Below, piece after piece: positions 17,832 through 31,762 of a stretch of DNA of 64,000 nucleotides (its first letter is position 1; each line of letters opens with the position of its first letter). Below the pieces are notes generated by a model. It saw only the letters and a program-made list of their open reading frames with translations. It was not told the origin of the DNA and did no database searches. The DNA comes from an uncultured delta proteobacterium (GTDB taxonomy: Bacteria > Myxococcota_A > Polyangia > Fen-1088). The stretch covers positions 96,001 through 160,000 of the forward strand of contig CAVTRY010000022.1 of the NCBI GenBank assembly GCA_963737265.1, in the 5' to 3' direction. Position numbers and translations under genes: made by a program.

Positions 17832-19549
17832 GGTTCTCTCAGCTCGCGCAGGCGCAGGCCCAGTTGGTTGAGTCGCAGATGCACCTTGCGGGCCGCGCCC
17901 TTTTGGCCGAGCAATTCTTGCCCCATGCGCTCCAGATCGCCGTCGGTGGCCCGAAAAAGGGCACGCAAGTATTGGCGCTCGACCTCGGCCGAGATGCGGG
18001 CGAAGCTCGATGCGCGCGGGATCTCGATCTCCAGGCGGCGTCCGCGATCGCCAGCCCCCGGCGGGCGGCTGGGCCGAAGCGTCGGCGTGCGGTCGGCCGC
18101 ACCGCCGACGAGCTTCTCCACCTGGGCATCGGACAGGTTGAGGATGGCGGGCGCGCGCACGATGGGACCGTCCGTCGCCACATCCAAGTGACCAGCCAAG
18201 GCATGCACCAAGGCATTGATGGCAAATAGCCGCAGCTCGCGCAGATTTCCCGGCCAGTCGTGTTCGCCAAGCCGGCGCAAGGCCACGCGCGATAGAAAAA
18301 CGGTGAAGCCCTCGGACACCGCCTCGCGCACGGTTGGGCGGGCGAAGTGCACGATGGAGGCGTCGTCGCGAAAGTCGCTCGGCGTGGGGAAACGGGCGAG
18401 GAACTGCCGCACCAGCGGGCGCAGGCCTTCCGAGCGCAAGGCTTCGAGAAGCAGAAAGCGCAATAGCTCCGACAGATCCTCCCGCCGCTCGCGCAGCGCG
18501 GGCATGTGGAGCCGCGTCGAGGGATCGAGGCGCATGTAGAGGTCGGCGCGAAATCGGCCGGCGCGCACCAGGGCCGCGAGATCCTGGTTGGTGGCCGCCA
18601 CCAGCTTGGGCGCCGCGGGTCGGGGCTTGGCGTCGCCGAGACGCGTGACCTGACCGCGTTCGAGCACCAGCAAGAGCTGGCGTTGCAGATCCAGATCGAG
18701 GTTGGCGATTTCGTCGAGAAACAACGTGCCGCCGTGGGCGTGCTCGAACACTCCGACGTGGTCGTCGACAGCGCCGGTGTAGGCTCCGCGGCGAGCGCCG
18801 AAAAGATGGGCGGGCAAAAGCGTCGCGGGAATGGTGGATAAATCCGTCACCACGAGCGGGCCCTTGGCGCCCGAGCGAGGATGAATCACGTGTTCGGCGA
18901 TGAAACTCTTGCCTGTGCCGGTTTCGCCTTCGACCAGCACCGGCAGCGGCGAACGCGCGAGCACGTCGATGGATCGGCGCAATTCCAGCATGGCCGGGCT
19001 GCGGCCCCAGAACACCGGACCATCCTGCGTGCTGGTGTGAATGGCCAGAACGCGGCGGATCTCGGCAGCGAGGCTGCGTGAATCCACGATTTCGTTCTCG
19101 CAAAAGTAGACCAACGGATCGCACGCCAGGGAAGGCCCGAGCTCGGCACCGGTGGTGGTCAACATGACCACGGGCAGGCTGGGCCAGGCCGCGCGCAGGC
19201 GATCGAGGATGAGCAGGCCCTGGCGGCGGCGCAAATCCTCGACAGCGGCGCGCCGGGCGCGCGCCTCGCTGGGCAGGGCGGACTTGTCCTGTGGTAGGAG
19301 CCGCGCTTCGGGCAGGGCGAAGTGCAGGTCGAGAAGAACGAGGTCGGGCAACGCCTCGGCCTTTTGCAAAACCTCGTCCGCCTCGACATAGTCATGGGCG
19401 CACTTGAGGGTACAGCCGCGGTCACGCTCTTCGCAGACCTGGCAAGGGATCTTGCGCCCACACCGGGTCAAGTAGTCGAACTGCGCGAGTTGGCGATGGC
19501 ACATCTCGACGGTCTGGTCGCGATCGTCGATCACGAGAATTCTAGGCAT
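17828..19549 (-). CDS. Sigma-54-dependent transcriptional activator with atypical receiver domain
   Basis: GETGTGKS, GAYTGA, LFLDEI, WPGNLREL; receiver ILVIDD/LLDL with a Cys-rich insert. Confidence 0.92.
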   Translation of the reverse strand: MPRILVIDDRDQTVEMCHRQLAQFDYLTRCGRKIPCQVCEERDRGCTLKCAHDYVEADEVLQKAEALPDLVLLDLHFALPEARLLPQDKSALPSEARARRAAVEDLRRRQGLLILDRLRAAWPSLPVVMLTTTGAELGPSLACDPLVYFCENEIVDSRSLAAEIRRVLAIHTSTQDGPVFWGRSPAMLELRRSIDVLARSPLPVLVEGETGTGKSFIAEHVIHPRSGAKGPLVVTDLSTIPATLLPAHLFGARRGAYTGAVDDHVGVFEHAHGGTLFLDEIANLDLDLQRQLLLVLERGQVTRLGDAKPRPAAPKLVAATNQDLAALVRAGRFRADLYMRLDPSTRLHMPALRERREDLSELLRFLLLEALRSEGLRPLVRQFLARFPTPSDFRDDASIVHFARPTVREAVSEGFTVFLSRVALRRLGEHDWPGNLRELRLFAINALVHALAGHLDVATDGPIVRAPAILNLSDAQVEKLVGGAADRTPTLRPSRPPGAGDRGRRLEIEIPRASSFARISAEVERQYLRALFRATDGDLERMGQELLGQKGAARKVHLRLNQLGLRLRELREP

Positions 19550-19886
19550 GGTCTCCCTTTCCCTTCACGGCTCGTGCCAGGACGTCGAAGGCAGTCTCCA
19601 GGGCCAGTACGGGCGCCAAATCGTCGGCCAGCGCCGCGCGTTCCGCCACGGCCACCGCTTCGGCAAAGGCCCGACGAACATGCGGTGTCAGCGCAGCGGG
19701 CGCGTCGGCCACGAGCGCCTCCCACAGCGCGTTGGCCATGATGGGCCGGCCCTCATCATCGACGAGAGCGGCGCGCAGCTCGCCGGGGCGCACGGGACCG
19801 CCGAGGTCGCGTCGGTCGCGCGCACACCACAGCAGGCGTTTGACGAGATCGTGGCGAACCCGGGCCAGCCACGCGTGCTCTTGCAT
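19542..19886 (-). CDS. Small hypothetical protein with H-box-like motif
   Basis: RVRHDLVKR resembles the EIRHDLLKH of the TPR kinase; overlaps the activator start. Confidence 0.65.
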   Translation of the reverse strand: MQEHAWLARVRHDLVKRLLWCARDRRDLGGPVRPGELRAALVDDEGRPIMANALWEALVADAPAALTPHVRRAFAEAVAVAERAALADDLAPVLALETAFDVLARAVKGKGDHA

Positions 19887-19890
19887 GAGA

Positions 19891-19984
19891 TTCTATATAA
19901 ACGATAGTCGCTTTCGTAGATACGGTCGTGGCGCCTCGTCGAAAGCCACGCATCTTCACCTCCGGCGCTGGCATGGCGACTGCA
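19891..19984 (+). promoter_or_regulatory. Candidate UAS (19891-19920) plus sigma-54 promoter (19969-19984) for the DUF2914 gene
   Basis: TTCTATATAAACGATAGTCGCTTTCGTAGA, and TGGCATGGCGACTGCA with GG-N10-GC spacing. Confidence 0.65.
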
Positions 19985-20021
19985 TTGTCCAACTCCTCGA
20001 ACCCCAACCAAGGAGACTTCG

Positions 20022-20426
20022 ATGATAAATATGACCGGCCTCGCATTTTTCCTCTCGGCTTCCTCATTCCCTGGCGCCCCAACCGTCGCCGTGCAACCCG
20101 AGGTGCGGTTGGTTCTCGGCTATCAAGTCAAAGACCACCAGATCGTCGAGGTCCCGGACCCGCACGTGTATCGCGCGGGTGAACCCATCATCGCCTGGAC
20201 CGAAATCGCCGGGCTTGCCACGGGGTTCGTTGAGCACGTGTGGTTCCGTAACGGCCAGGAGGTCGCGCGGCACTATCTGCCGGTCAGCCACGGACGGCGC
20301 TGGCGAACCTGGTCGCGCCACACACCCTCAGCCGGCAATTACCGCGTCGATGTGCTTGGTCCCGACGGAAAAAGGCTGGCGGTCACCGCCTTCCAGGTAA
20401 CCAGGCGGACTAGCAAGCCGGACTAA
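20022..20426 (+). CDS. DUF2914-like secreted protein
   Basis: AWTEIAG, HVWFRNG, WRTWS, GNYRVDV motifs; GGAG RBS upstream. Confidence 0.75.
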   Translation: MINMTGLAFFLSASSFPGAPTVAVQPEVRLVLGYQVKDHQIVEVPDPHVYRAGEPIIAWTEIAGLATGFVEHVWFRNGQEVARHYLPVSHGRRWRTWSRHTPSAGNYRVDVLGPDGKRLAVTAFQVTRRTSKPD

Positions 20427-20530
20427 GCCCGCAGGCGGCGTCACGCCGTGGTGCGAAGTGATGCGAAATGATGCGAGGACAGGCAGGACGACAGGGAGGG
20501 TTATGTCCGCTACAATGACCCTCCACGACT

Positions 20531-23035
<2,505 letters not shown>

Positions 23036-23038
23036 CCG

Positions 23039-24808
23039 CTAGAAACGGCCTTGCGACATCAGGCCGGGCAAGAGCTCGGGCGTACCCGAGGTCGACTCGA
23101 CAGGCACGACCCCGGGCATGGGCATGAAGGACAGCAGTCGCCGATCCGGCAACGCCTCGTGGACCTTGTCGTAGCTCATGGTGAGCAGCCAACCGGTGAC
23201 GAGACCGAGGCCCGCGCCAACGAGGGCGAATCGAGCCGAGCGGTCGTTCAGGGCGAAGGACGAGTCGGCGCAGTGGATGCGCGTGGTCTCGGTACCGATG
23301 GTGGTTGTTCGGGAGCATAGTTCAATCGTGGTGGCGAAGACCGCCCCCGCGAGGCCCGCCAGATCGACCATCATGACCCGTTGCCAAGTTGGCCCATAGA
23401 CGCGCTGGTCGGGCAGATACGCCATGGCCAGGCCCGTGCCCAAGCCGAGGTTGAGGCCAGCAAGTATGCCCCAAGCCAGCCGCTGCTTGATTTGGTTGCG
23501 GTAGTGAGCGTACGCGCTGGCTTCGCCTGGAGTCGTGCGCGCAGGTACAGTTTGGGGCAAGCTCAGCTGCGGCTCCGCGACCGCCGTGGGGTACAGCCCG
23601 AGCGCCGGTACCGCGATCGCTCCCGCAATGGCGCCGAGGACGGCAGCGCTTTGCACGAGAGCCACGCGCCCATAGTTGGGTGATTTGTCGTCGAGCCACC
23701 AACCTGTGAAGGCACCGGCGGTAAGTCCGGCGGCGCCGCCGAGCCAAGTTGCCGTCCAGTTATGGGAAAGCCCCATGGCCAGCGTGGCGCCCTCCACGTC
23801 CGCTATCCACATCGAGCCGATGCGAAACAGGGCCAGATTGTCGCGAATGTAGTTAGGCACGAGCGCCGTGGTCGACGACAAGACGCCGAGACTGAGTCCA
23901 CCGGCGAGCATGCCGGCGCCAAACAGCGAGATCGACAGCGAGGCGCGAAGATCCCTTGGATTTCCCTGCGTGAGCACCGCAAGGCCCCCGCTCACGGCGC
24001 CAACTCCACTCCAGAAACCAATCAGCTCGGGCCGCCCCGAGCGCTGCACGTAGTTGAGGGGAAGCTCGATTACACGATTTTCACCCGGGCCAAGCGTGAT
24101 GACTTCGCGCTTAGCTTGGTAGTAGGACGCCTCGGCGTAGATTTCGTAGCTGCCGGGGGGCACGTCCTGAACGTAGGGATTCTGCGTGCGGTTGCCGCGC
24201 ACGAACAGCGCCGCGCTGGCGGGAAGCGTGCGCACTAGGAGATGGGCTGGGATGGGTTCGAGCTTGAAGAAGAGCGGCTTGGTCTCCGCCACCTCGATGG
24301 ACAGCTCGCGCGATTCGCTGGCGAAGTTGGGTTTGGCTACGGTCACGCGATAGTGGCCGCGCGGCACGCGAAACTGGTTGGGGGCCTGGCCGGTCATGGC
24401 CGTGCCCTCGCCCTCGATGCGCACCTCGACCTGGTCGGGCACGGTGTTGATAGCGAACACGCCGGGCCGATGGTTGATGGCCTCAATGCGCAGGCGGGCC
24501 AGATCCGACAGCTCGCCCTGCGGTTGGTCGTTCAAGAACGTCTGGTAGTGGGCGCGCGCATCCACGAGCTGGCCCAAGTGGTATTCGCACTGGGCGATCA
24601 TGAAGATGTTTTCCTTCTTGGGGGCGAGCTCGTTGGCGAGCTGAAACTCGACCAAGGCCTGCTCCTTGTTGCCCGATTCGAAGAGACCTACGCCGGCTTC
24701 GTAGTGCTTGTGCGCGCGTTCGAGCGCATCCGTCTCCTGCGCCCGTGCCGCGTGGCCGTGGACGACGAGGAGGAGCACCAGCGAGCCGACGAGCGCACGC
24801 ACAGTCAC
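23039..24808 (-). CDS. TPR + PEGA domain membrane/secreted protein
   Basis: Signal peptide, TPR, two PEGA-like repeats, Gly-rich hydrophobic C-terminus; GTG overlaps the kinase stop. Confidence 0.75.
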   Translation of the reverse strand: MTVRALVGSLVLLLVVHGHAARAQETDALERAHKHYEAGVGLFESGNKEQALVEFQLANELAPKKENIFMIAQCEYHLGQLVDARAHYQTFLNDQPQGELSDLARLRIEAINHRPGVFAINTVPDQVEVRIEGEGTAMTGQAPNQFRVPRGHYRVTVAKPNFASESRELSIEVAETKPLFFKLEPIPAHLLVRTLPASAALFVRGNRTQNPYVQDVPPGSYEIYAEASYYQAKREVITLGPGENRVIELPLNYVQRSGRPELIGFWSGVGAVSGGLAVLTQGNPRDLRASLSISLFGAGMLAGGLSLGVLSSTTALVPNYIRDNLALFRIGSMWIADVEGATLAMGLSHNWTATWLGGAAGLTAGAFTGWWLDDKSPNYGRVALVQSAAVLGAIAGAIAVPALGLYPTAVAEPQLSLPQTVPARTTPGEASAYAHYRNQIKQRLAWGILAGLNLGLGTGLAMAYLPDQRVYGPTWQRVMMVDLAGLAGAVFATTIELCSRTTTIGTETTRIHCADSSFALNDRSARFALVGAGLGLVTGWLLTMSYDKVHEALPDRRLLSFMPMPGVVPVESTSGTPELLPGLMSQGRF

Positions 24809-26190
24809 GGAGTATAGGGCGAGGGCGCGACTTTGTCGTCGGCCTTGCTCTTCTTGGGCGGCGGTGTGGCCTGCGCCGCCAGCCCTGCGGGGCGCGCCGG
24901 GTGGCTCTTGCCGACCCGCCGGATGCGCTCCATCAGGGAGCTGGGGATGGATGGCGGTACGCTCGCAGCAACCGCGCTGACGACCGGGGCTTTGCTCGGC
25001 TCTGGATTCTTCTCCGAACGAGGATTGGCCGCGGTGACAAGAGTGGTCGGTGGCGCTGCGGGTGGCGAAATCGCCGTCTCCTTGCCCGCCCTGGCCAGCA
25101 TAGCCGCGCTGCCGATGCCGACCACGAAAATTCCAGCCACAGCGAAGTGCCACGGCCAGCGGCGACGCGCCCGCGGCACAGGACCCGGATCTGTGCCCGC
25201 GCTGCCATCGGAAGACACATCCATCTCGCCGGCGAGCAAGCGATCCATGTCGCGCTCGAACTCCGCCATCTGTTGGTAGCGCCGGGTGCGATCCTTTTCG
25301 AGCCCGTGCATGACCACGCGATCTACCGCGCTCGGAATGCCAAGCTCCGGCCGCAGCGCCGACGGCGGTAGCGCCTCCTTGTTCAGGATTTGCGAAATCA
25401 CGCCGAGATAGTTGGCGCCGCGAAAGGGAAGCTCGCCGGTCAGGCATTCGTAAAGAATGAGCGCCGCCGCCCACAGGTCGGCACGCTCGTCGATGTCCTC
25501 GTTGCCGCTGGCTTGCTCGGGCGACATGAAGAGCGGGGTTCCCAGCACCGCGCCCGTGCGGGTGAGCCGCTGCCAATCGCTGCCGGCCTCCTCGCGCGTG
25601 CGCACCGCCTTGGACACGCCGAAATCCACCACCTTGACGAAATCCTGATCGTCGCGCCGGACGAGGTACACATTTTCCGGTTTCACATCGCGATGAACGA
25701 TTCCCTTGCGATGTGCCGCGCCGAGCGCGCTGGCGATCTGTTTGGCGATGGCGAGACTGCGCTCGATGGGCAGAGGAGCGTCGCGCATGATGAGCTCGGA
25801 CAGGGGCTCGCCCTCAAGGAACTCCATCACCACGAACGCCCGGCCGTCGCGCGTCGTGCCGAAGTCGGTCACGTCCACGATGTTCTGGTGACCGATGGAG
25901 CTGGCGAGGCGGGCCTCTTGCAGAAGGCGCGCGATGAGCTCCTGGTTTTCGAGGAACTTGTCGAGCAACACCTTGATAGCCACGCGCTTGCCGATGATGC
26001 TGTGGCGTGCTTCATAGACCGCGCCCATGCCGCCCTCGCCGATGCGGCGGATGATTTCGTAGCGCTCGGCCAACGTGGTGCCGACGAGGGGATCGAACTT
26101 GGCCGCACCTGGCGCACCCTTCCCAGTCGCCGCAGCGCTCGGATCGGTGTTCATCAGCGAGGGGTCGATGTCAGTCACGCGTCGGCGCAT
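24805..26190 (-). CDS. Ser/Thr protein kinase with TM helix
   Basis: IGEGGMGAVY, VAIK, HRDVKPEN, DFG, GTPLFMSPEQ. Confidence 0.95.
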   Translation of the reverse strand: MRRRVTDIDPSLMNTDPSAAATGKGAPGAAKFDPLVGTTLAERYEIIRRIGEGGMGAVYEARHSIIGKRVAIKVLLDKFLENQELIARLLQEARLASSIGHQNIVDVTDFGTTRDGRAFVVMEFLEGEPLSELIMRDAPLPIERSLAIAKQIASALGAAHRKGIVHRDVKPENVYLVRRDDQDFVKVVDFGVSKAVRTREEAGSDWQRLTRTGAVLGTPLFMSPEQASGNEDIDERADLWAAALILYECLTGELPFRGANYLGVISQILNKEALPPSALRPELGIPSAVDRVVMHGLEKDRTRRYQQMAEFERDMDRLLAGEMDVSSDGSAGTDPGPVPRARRRWPWHFAVAGIFVVGIGSAAMLARAGKETAISPPAAPPTTLVTAANPRSEKNPEPSKAPVVSAVAASVPPSIPSSLMERIRRVGKSHPARPAGLAAQATPPPKKSKADDKVAPSPYTP

Positions 26191-26315
26191 TGTAGCGCCG
26201 AAAGCCGGTCACGGCACGGGCGCGGATGGCTGCGCATTCCGCAGCGATCCGCCTTATCCGTTCTCGGCCCGGCGCGCTTGCTTGATCGTCCGAGCCGTCG
26301 TGGTAGGAAACCCGC

Positions 26316-28175
26316 ATGCCTCACTATCGTTCTCGCACGTCCACCCACGGTCGCAACATGGCTGGCGCGCGCGCCTTGTGGCGTGCCACCGGCATGAAGG
26401 ACGGAGACTTCGGCAAGCCCATCGTCGCGGTCGTGAACAGCTTCACCCAATTCGTGCCCGGCCATGTGCACCTCAAGGACTTGGGACAAATGGTTGCACG
26501 CGAGATCGAAGCCGCGGGCGGCGTGGCCAAGGAATTCGACACCATCGCCATCGACGACGGCATCGCCATGGGTCACGACGGCATGCTCTATTCGCTGCCC
26601 TCGCGCGAGCTCATCGCCGACAGCGTCGAATACATGGTCAACGCCCACTGCGCCGACGCCATGGTGTGCATTTCCAACTGCGACAAGATTACGCCCGGCA
26701 TGCTCATGGCCGCCCTGCGCCTAAACGTCCCGGCGGTTTTCGTGTCGGGCGGCCCGATGGAAGCCGGCAAGGTGAAATTGCCGAGCCAGGGCGGCAAAGA
26801 AGTTCACGTCGATCTCATCGACGCCATGGTCCAGGCGGGCAATCCCGAGGTCTCCGACGCCGACGTGGCCGAATACGAACGCTCGGCCTGCCCCACATGC
26901 GGTTCTTGTTCGGGCATGTTCACCGCGAATTCCATGAACTGCCTGACCGAAGCGCTGGGGCTTTCGCTGCCCGGCAACGGAACGGTGGTCGCCACGCACG
27001 CCGATCGCAAGGCGCTGTTCTTGCGCGCCGGCCGCGTTGTGGTCGAGCTCTGCAAGCGCTACTACGAAAAGGACGACGCCTCGGCGTTGCCGCGCTCGAT
27101 CGCCACCTTCGAAGCCTTCGAGAACGCTATGTCGCTCGACGTGGCCATGGGCGGCTCGACCAACACCGTGCTGCACTTGCTCGCGTGCGCGCGCGAGGCC
27201 GAGGTAAAATTCACCATGACCGACATCGACCGCATCTCGCGCCGGGTGCCGTGCCTGTGCAAGGTCGCGCCCTCGACCACCAAATACCATGTGGAAGACG
27301 TGCACCGCGCGGGCGGGGTGTTCGGCATCTTGGCCGAGCTCAACCGCGCCGGACTTATCCACGGCCAGGTGCCCACCGTGCACAGCAAGACCCTGGGCAA
27401 GGCCATCGTCGGGTGGGACGCGGCGACCAGCACGGATCTCTCGGTGCGCACGTTCTATTCGGCCTCGCCGGGCGGCATTCCGACCCAAGTGGCGTTCAGC
27501 CAGGATCGGCGTTTCGACACCCTCGATCTCGATCGGCATGACGGCTGCATTCGCGACAAGAAGCACGCGTACTCGCAAGACGGCGGCCTCGCCGTGCTCT
27601 ACGGCAATCTGGCCGAAAAGGGTTGCATCGTGAAGACCGCGGGCGTGGACGAGTCAGTGTGGAAATTCTCGGGCAGGGCGCGCGTATTCGAAAGTCAGGA
27701 AGAATCCGTGGAAGCCATCCTGGGTGGCAAGGTGGTCGCCGGCGACGTGGTGGTAATCCGCTACGAAGGCCCCAAAGGCGGCCCGGGCATGCAGGAAATG
27801 CTCTATCCCACGAGCTACCTCAAGTCGCGCGGCCTCGGCAGGGCGTGTGCCCTGCTCACCGATGGGCGCTTCTCGGGCGGCACGGCCGGCCTTTCCATCG
27901 GCCACGTCTCGCCCGAGGCCGCGTGCGGCGGCGCCATCGCGCTCATCGAAGAGGGCGACACCATCGAGATCGACATCCCCAACCGCCGCATCCACCTCGC
28001 CGTCGGCGAGCAAGATCTGGCCAAGCGCCGCGCCGCCATGGAAGACCGCAAGGCCTTCGCTTGGAAGCCCAAGGCCCGCCAGCGCCAGGTTTCCGCCGCG
28101 CTGCAAGCCTACGCCGCGATGACCACCAGTGCCGACACCGGCGCAGTGCGGGACATCAGTCAGCTGAAGAGCTGA
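26316..28175 (+). CDS. ilvD: Dihydroxy-acid dehydratase
   Basis: [41 protein letters not shown]. Confidence 0.97.
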   Translation: MPHYRSRTSTHGRNMAGARALWRATGMKDGDFGKPIVAVVNSFTQFVPGHVHLKDLGQMVAREIEAAGGVAKEFDTIAIDDGIAMGHDGMLYSLPSRELIADSVEYMVNAHCADAMVCISNCDKITPGMLMAALRLNVPAVFVSGGPMEAGKVKLPSQGGKEVHVDLIDAMVQAGNPEVSDADVAEYERSACPTCGSCSGMFTANSMNCLTEALGLSLPGNGTVVATHADRKALFLRAGRVVVELCKRYYEKDDASALPRSIATFEAFENAMSLDVAMGGSTNTVLHLLACAREAEVKFTMTDIDRISRRVPCLCKVAPSTTKYHVEDVHRAGGVFGILAELNRAGLIHGQVPTVHSKTLGKAIVGWDAATSTDLSVRTFYSASPGGIPTQVAFSQDRRFDTLDLDRHDGCIRDKKHAYSQDGGLAVLYGNLAEKGCIVKTAGVDESVWKFSGRARVFESQEESVEAILGGKVVAGDVVVIRYEGPKGGPGMQEMLYPTSYLKSRGLGRACALLTDGRFSGGTAGLSIGHVSPEAACGGAIALIEEGDTIEIDIPNRRIHLAVGEQDLAKRRAAMEDRKAFAWKPKARQRQVSAALQAYAAMTTSADTGAVRDISQLKS

Positions 28176-28179
28176 CCAA

Positions 28180-28270
28180 AAGCGCAGCCACCTACTTGGA
28201 GCTTGCCTTGCGCAGGGGTGTCCTCTTTGCGAGCCTCGACGGTCAGTTGCGGGCCGCAATGAAAAAGGGC
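28180..28270 (+). pseudogene. PIN/VapC toxin C-terminal remnant
   Basis: Translates as AATYLELALRRGVLFASLDGQLRAA, like the VapC DAxYLELA..LATLD..L motif; no N-terminus. Confidence 0.55.
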
Positions 28271-28320
28271 CGGCGGCCGTCTCGCCCTTTGAGCCACGCT
28301 GACAGAGTGGCCGTTCCAGT

Positions 28321-28385
28321 GGGGCGGCCACTTCCATGGTCACGACCTCGTACCCTTCCATCGCCGCCTGCAAGGCGCAGATGGG
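28321..28385 (-). pseudogene. 65-bp fragment of an ahcY allele
   Basis: 60/65 identical to 30809-30873; encodes [21 protein letters not shown]. Confidence 0.85.
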
Positions 28386-28554
28386 CAGGATGGTCCTCGG
28401 TGACGACCGCGCCCCCAGGCAGGGTTTCCATACCTTTCCGCGATGGTGCGCGGCCAGCAAAGCTGGCCGGCTCGCTCTGCCCTCGGCACCCGCCACCCGG
28501 ACTGCCTCCTCCGCGCTTCGCGCGGCCTCGCCCACGCGACTAGTACCGGTAATG

Positions 28555-28588
28555 GTTATACGCAGCTTCATGGTAATCTACGTATAAC
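28555..28588. promoter_or_regulatory. Inverted repeat upstream of the nucleotidyltransferase gene
   Basis: GTTATACG-N18-CGTATAAC, perfect 8-bp arms, ending 5 bp before the ATG. Confidence 0.5.
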
Positions 28589-28593
28589 TCGCC

Positions 28594-29652
28594 ATGACCC
28601 AGCCCTTGCCTCTCGAGACCCAGACCCTCTATGCGGAGCTCCTGGAGCATCTGCTGGGCCTCGAAGCCCAGCGCTCGATCGGCAGCCTGGCGGGTTCGTT
28701 CACCTCGAAGCAGGTCAAGGGAGAAACCTACGTCTATTACCAGGCGTCACTTCCGGGCGGTAAGACACGGCAGTTCTATCTGGGTCGAGAGTCGCCGGCA
28801 CTCGGTCGTCTGGCAGCGCGCTTCGAGCGAGAACATGCCTCGTTCGCAGCCGACGTCGCCCGCGTTGCGAGGATCGCGGCGCAGCTGCGCGCTGGCGGGG
28901 CCGGCGCAACCGATGCCGCCTCGGCCCGCGTTCTCTGCGGCCTCGCCGACGCGGGCGTCTTCGCGGCGGGCGGCGTCCTGGTCGGCACCCACGCATTCAT
29001 GGCGATCGGCAACCTGCTGGGTGTCAGATGGGCCTCGGGATCGCTCCGGACGCAGGACGTGGACGTGGGAGGCAGCCGCGCGGTCGACGTCGATGTCGCC
29101 GTTCCCGATGTGCAGATTGACCTGCCGGCCGCGCTGGATAATCTCCAGATGGGCTTTCTTCCGGTCCCGGCCCTGGACCCGCGAAATCCGAGCACATCAT
29201 TCAAGGTGCGCGGCCAGGCCCTGCGGGTCGACCTCCTCTGCCCCAAACGCGGCCAAGCCGAGACTCCAATCTTCATCCCACGCTGGAACGCCGCCGCGCA
29301 GCCGCTTGCCCATCTCGGGTTTCTCCTCGAATCGCCCGAACGAGCCATGATCCTGGCAAGCACGGCTGCCTTGGTGAACGTTCCAGCGCCAGCGCGCTTT
29401 GCACTTCACAAGCTTCTCGTCGCGCAGCTCCGTCCGGCTTCGCTCGCCGCAAAGGCCGCGAAGGACATCCTCCAGGCCGTGCAGGTTCTTGAGGTGCTCG
29501 TCGAGGATCGCCCAGGCGACATCGCACTCGCTTGGACTGCCCTCGAAGCCCTGGGCCCGACCATGAGCAAGCCCATCCAGCGCGGGCTGGCCGCAGCCGA
29601 TGCGCGCGCCCGTGGCCTGCGCAAGCGGGTGCGTGATGCGGCGGGAAAGTAG
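28594..29652 (+). CDS. GSU2403-family nucleotidyltransferase-fold protein
   Basis: LYAELLE N-terminus; VLVGTHAF, RTQDVD, RVDLL, PAPARFALHKL, KDILQA motifs. Confidence 0.8.
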   Translation: MTQPLPLETQTLYAELLEHLLGLEAQRSIGSLAGSFTSKQVKGETYVYYQASLPGGKTRQFYLGRESPALGRLAARFEREHASFAADVARVARIAAQLRAGGAGATDAASARVLCGLADAGVFAAGGVLVGTHAFMAIGNLLGVRWASGSLRTQDVDVGGSRAVDVDVAVPDVQIDLPAALDNLQMGFLPVPALDPRNPSTSFKVRGQALRVDLLCPKRGQAETPIFIPRWNAAAQPLAHLGFLLESPERAMILASTAALVNVPAPARFALHKLLVAQLRPASLAAKAAKDILQAVQVLEVLVEDRPGDIALAWTALEALGPTMSKPIQRGLAAADARARGLRKRVRDAAGK

Positions 29653-29675
29653 GCGGATCGAGTACAGAGATTGCT

Positions 29676-30150
29676 TGCATGTGCCCCACATGCAGGTATC
29701 CTAGTATCACAGCCAAGATGATTCAGGTCAGACACGTTCCCGACGACGTCGCTGTCCGACTATTTGCTGGCCGAACTGGAGCGGACGAGTCTACGGCCGT
29801 CCCCGAGAGAGATTCCGGCGCGGCTGTCGAAATTGCGACCTGTTGCCACACCTGCATCCATCGTGTCGGCGTTGCGAGAAAAGAGGGATCGGCACTGACT
29901 GTCCTTGACGCCTCGGTCGTGGTCTGCTTGGTGGCAGAAGAGCGGCCGAGATCCATGCGCGCCTGGCAAGTGAAGGACAGGCCTGGCACGCGCCGCACTT
30001 AATCGAGGTGGAGGTGTGCCATGTCCTCCGGCTGCTCTAACAGGACAACCGCAGCCGAGGATTCGGTGTTGGCCGGCGAACCCTGAACGGAGCGCTTGCC
30101 CGGCAGCCCGAGCCGACCGTGGCCGAAGGTTTCAAGATCTTGCGCGAGTG
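29676..30150 (+). pseudogene. Degraded FitA/VapB antitoxin + VapC toxin pair with operator palindrome
   Basis: Palindrome TGCATGTG-CCC-CACATGCA (29676-29694). MIQVRHVPDD (ATG 29718), then out-of-frame SLSDYLLAELER. LTVLDASVVV, then out-of-frame WHAPHLIEVEVCHVLR. Confidence 0.65.
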
Positions 30151-30276
30151 CCGGCAACCCGGCCAATACGCCACCAAGAATTCCAACACAGGAAGAACCA
30201 TAGGAAAAAATAGGTGGCCTCCGCCGAAGGGCACCGAAGCGGACGAGCAACGCTCGCCCGCTCCCCACGATTACTC

Positions 30277-31735
<1,459 letters not shown>

Positions 31736-31762
31736 GAAAGCTCCTTCGCGAATGTGAACGGG

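Noticed and set aside
14958-19124. 1388-aa ORF
   Set aside because: The first roughly 430 aa are a shadow of the sigma-54 activator; the real start is probably the GTG at 17831.
23039-25576. 845-aa ORF
   Set aside because: The N-terminus overlaps the kinase gene out of frame; the real start is probably 24808.
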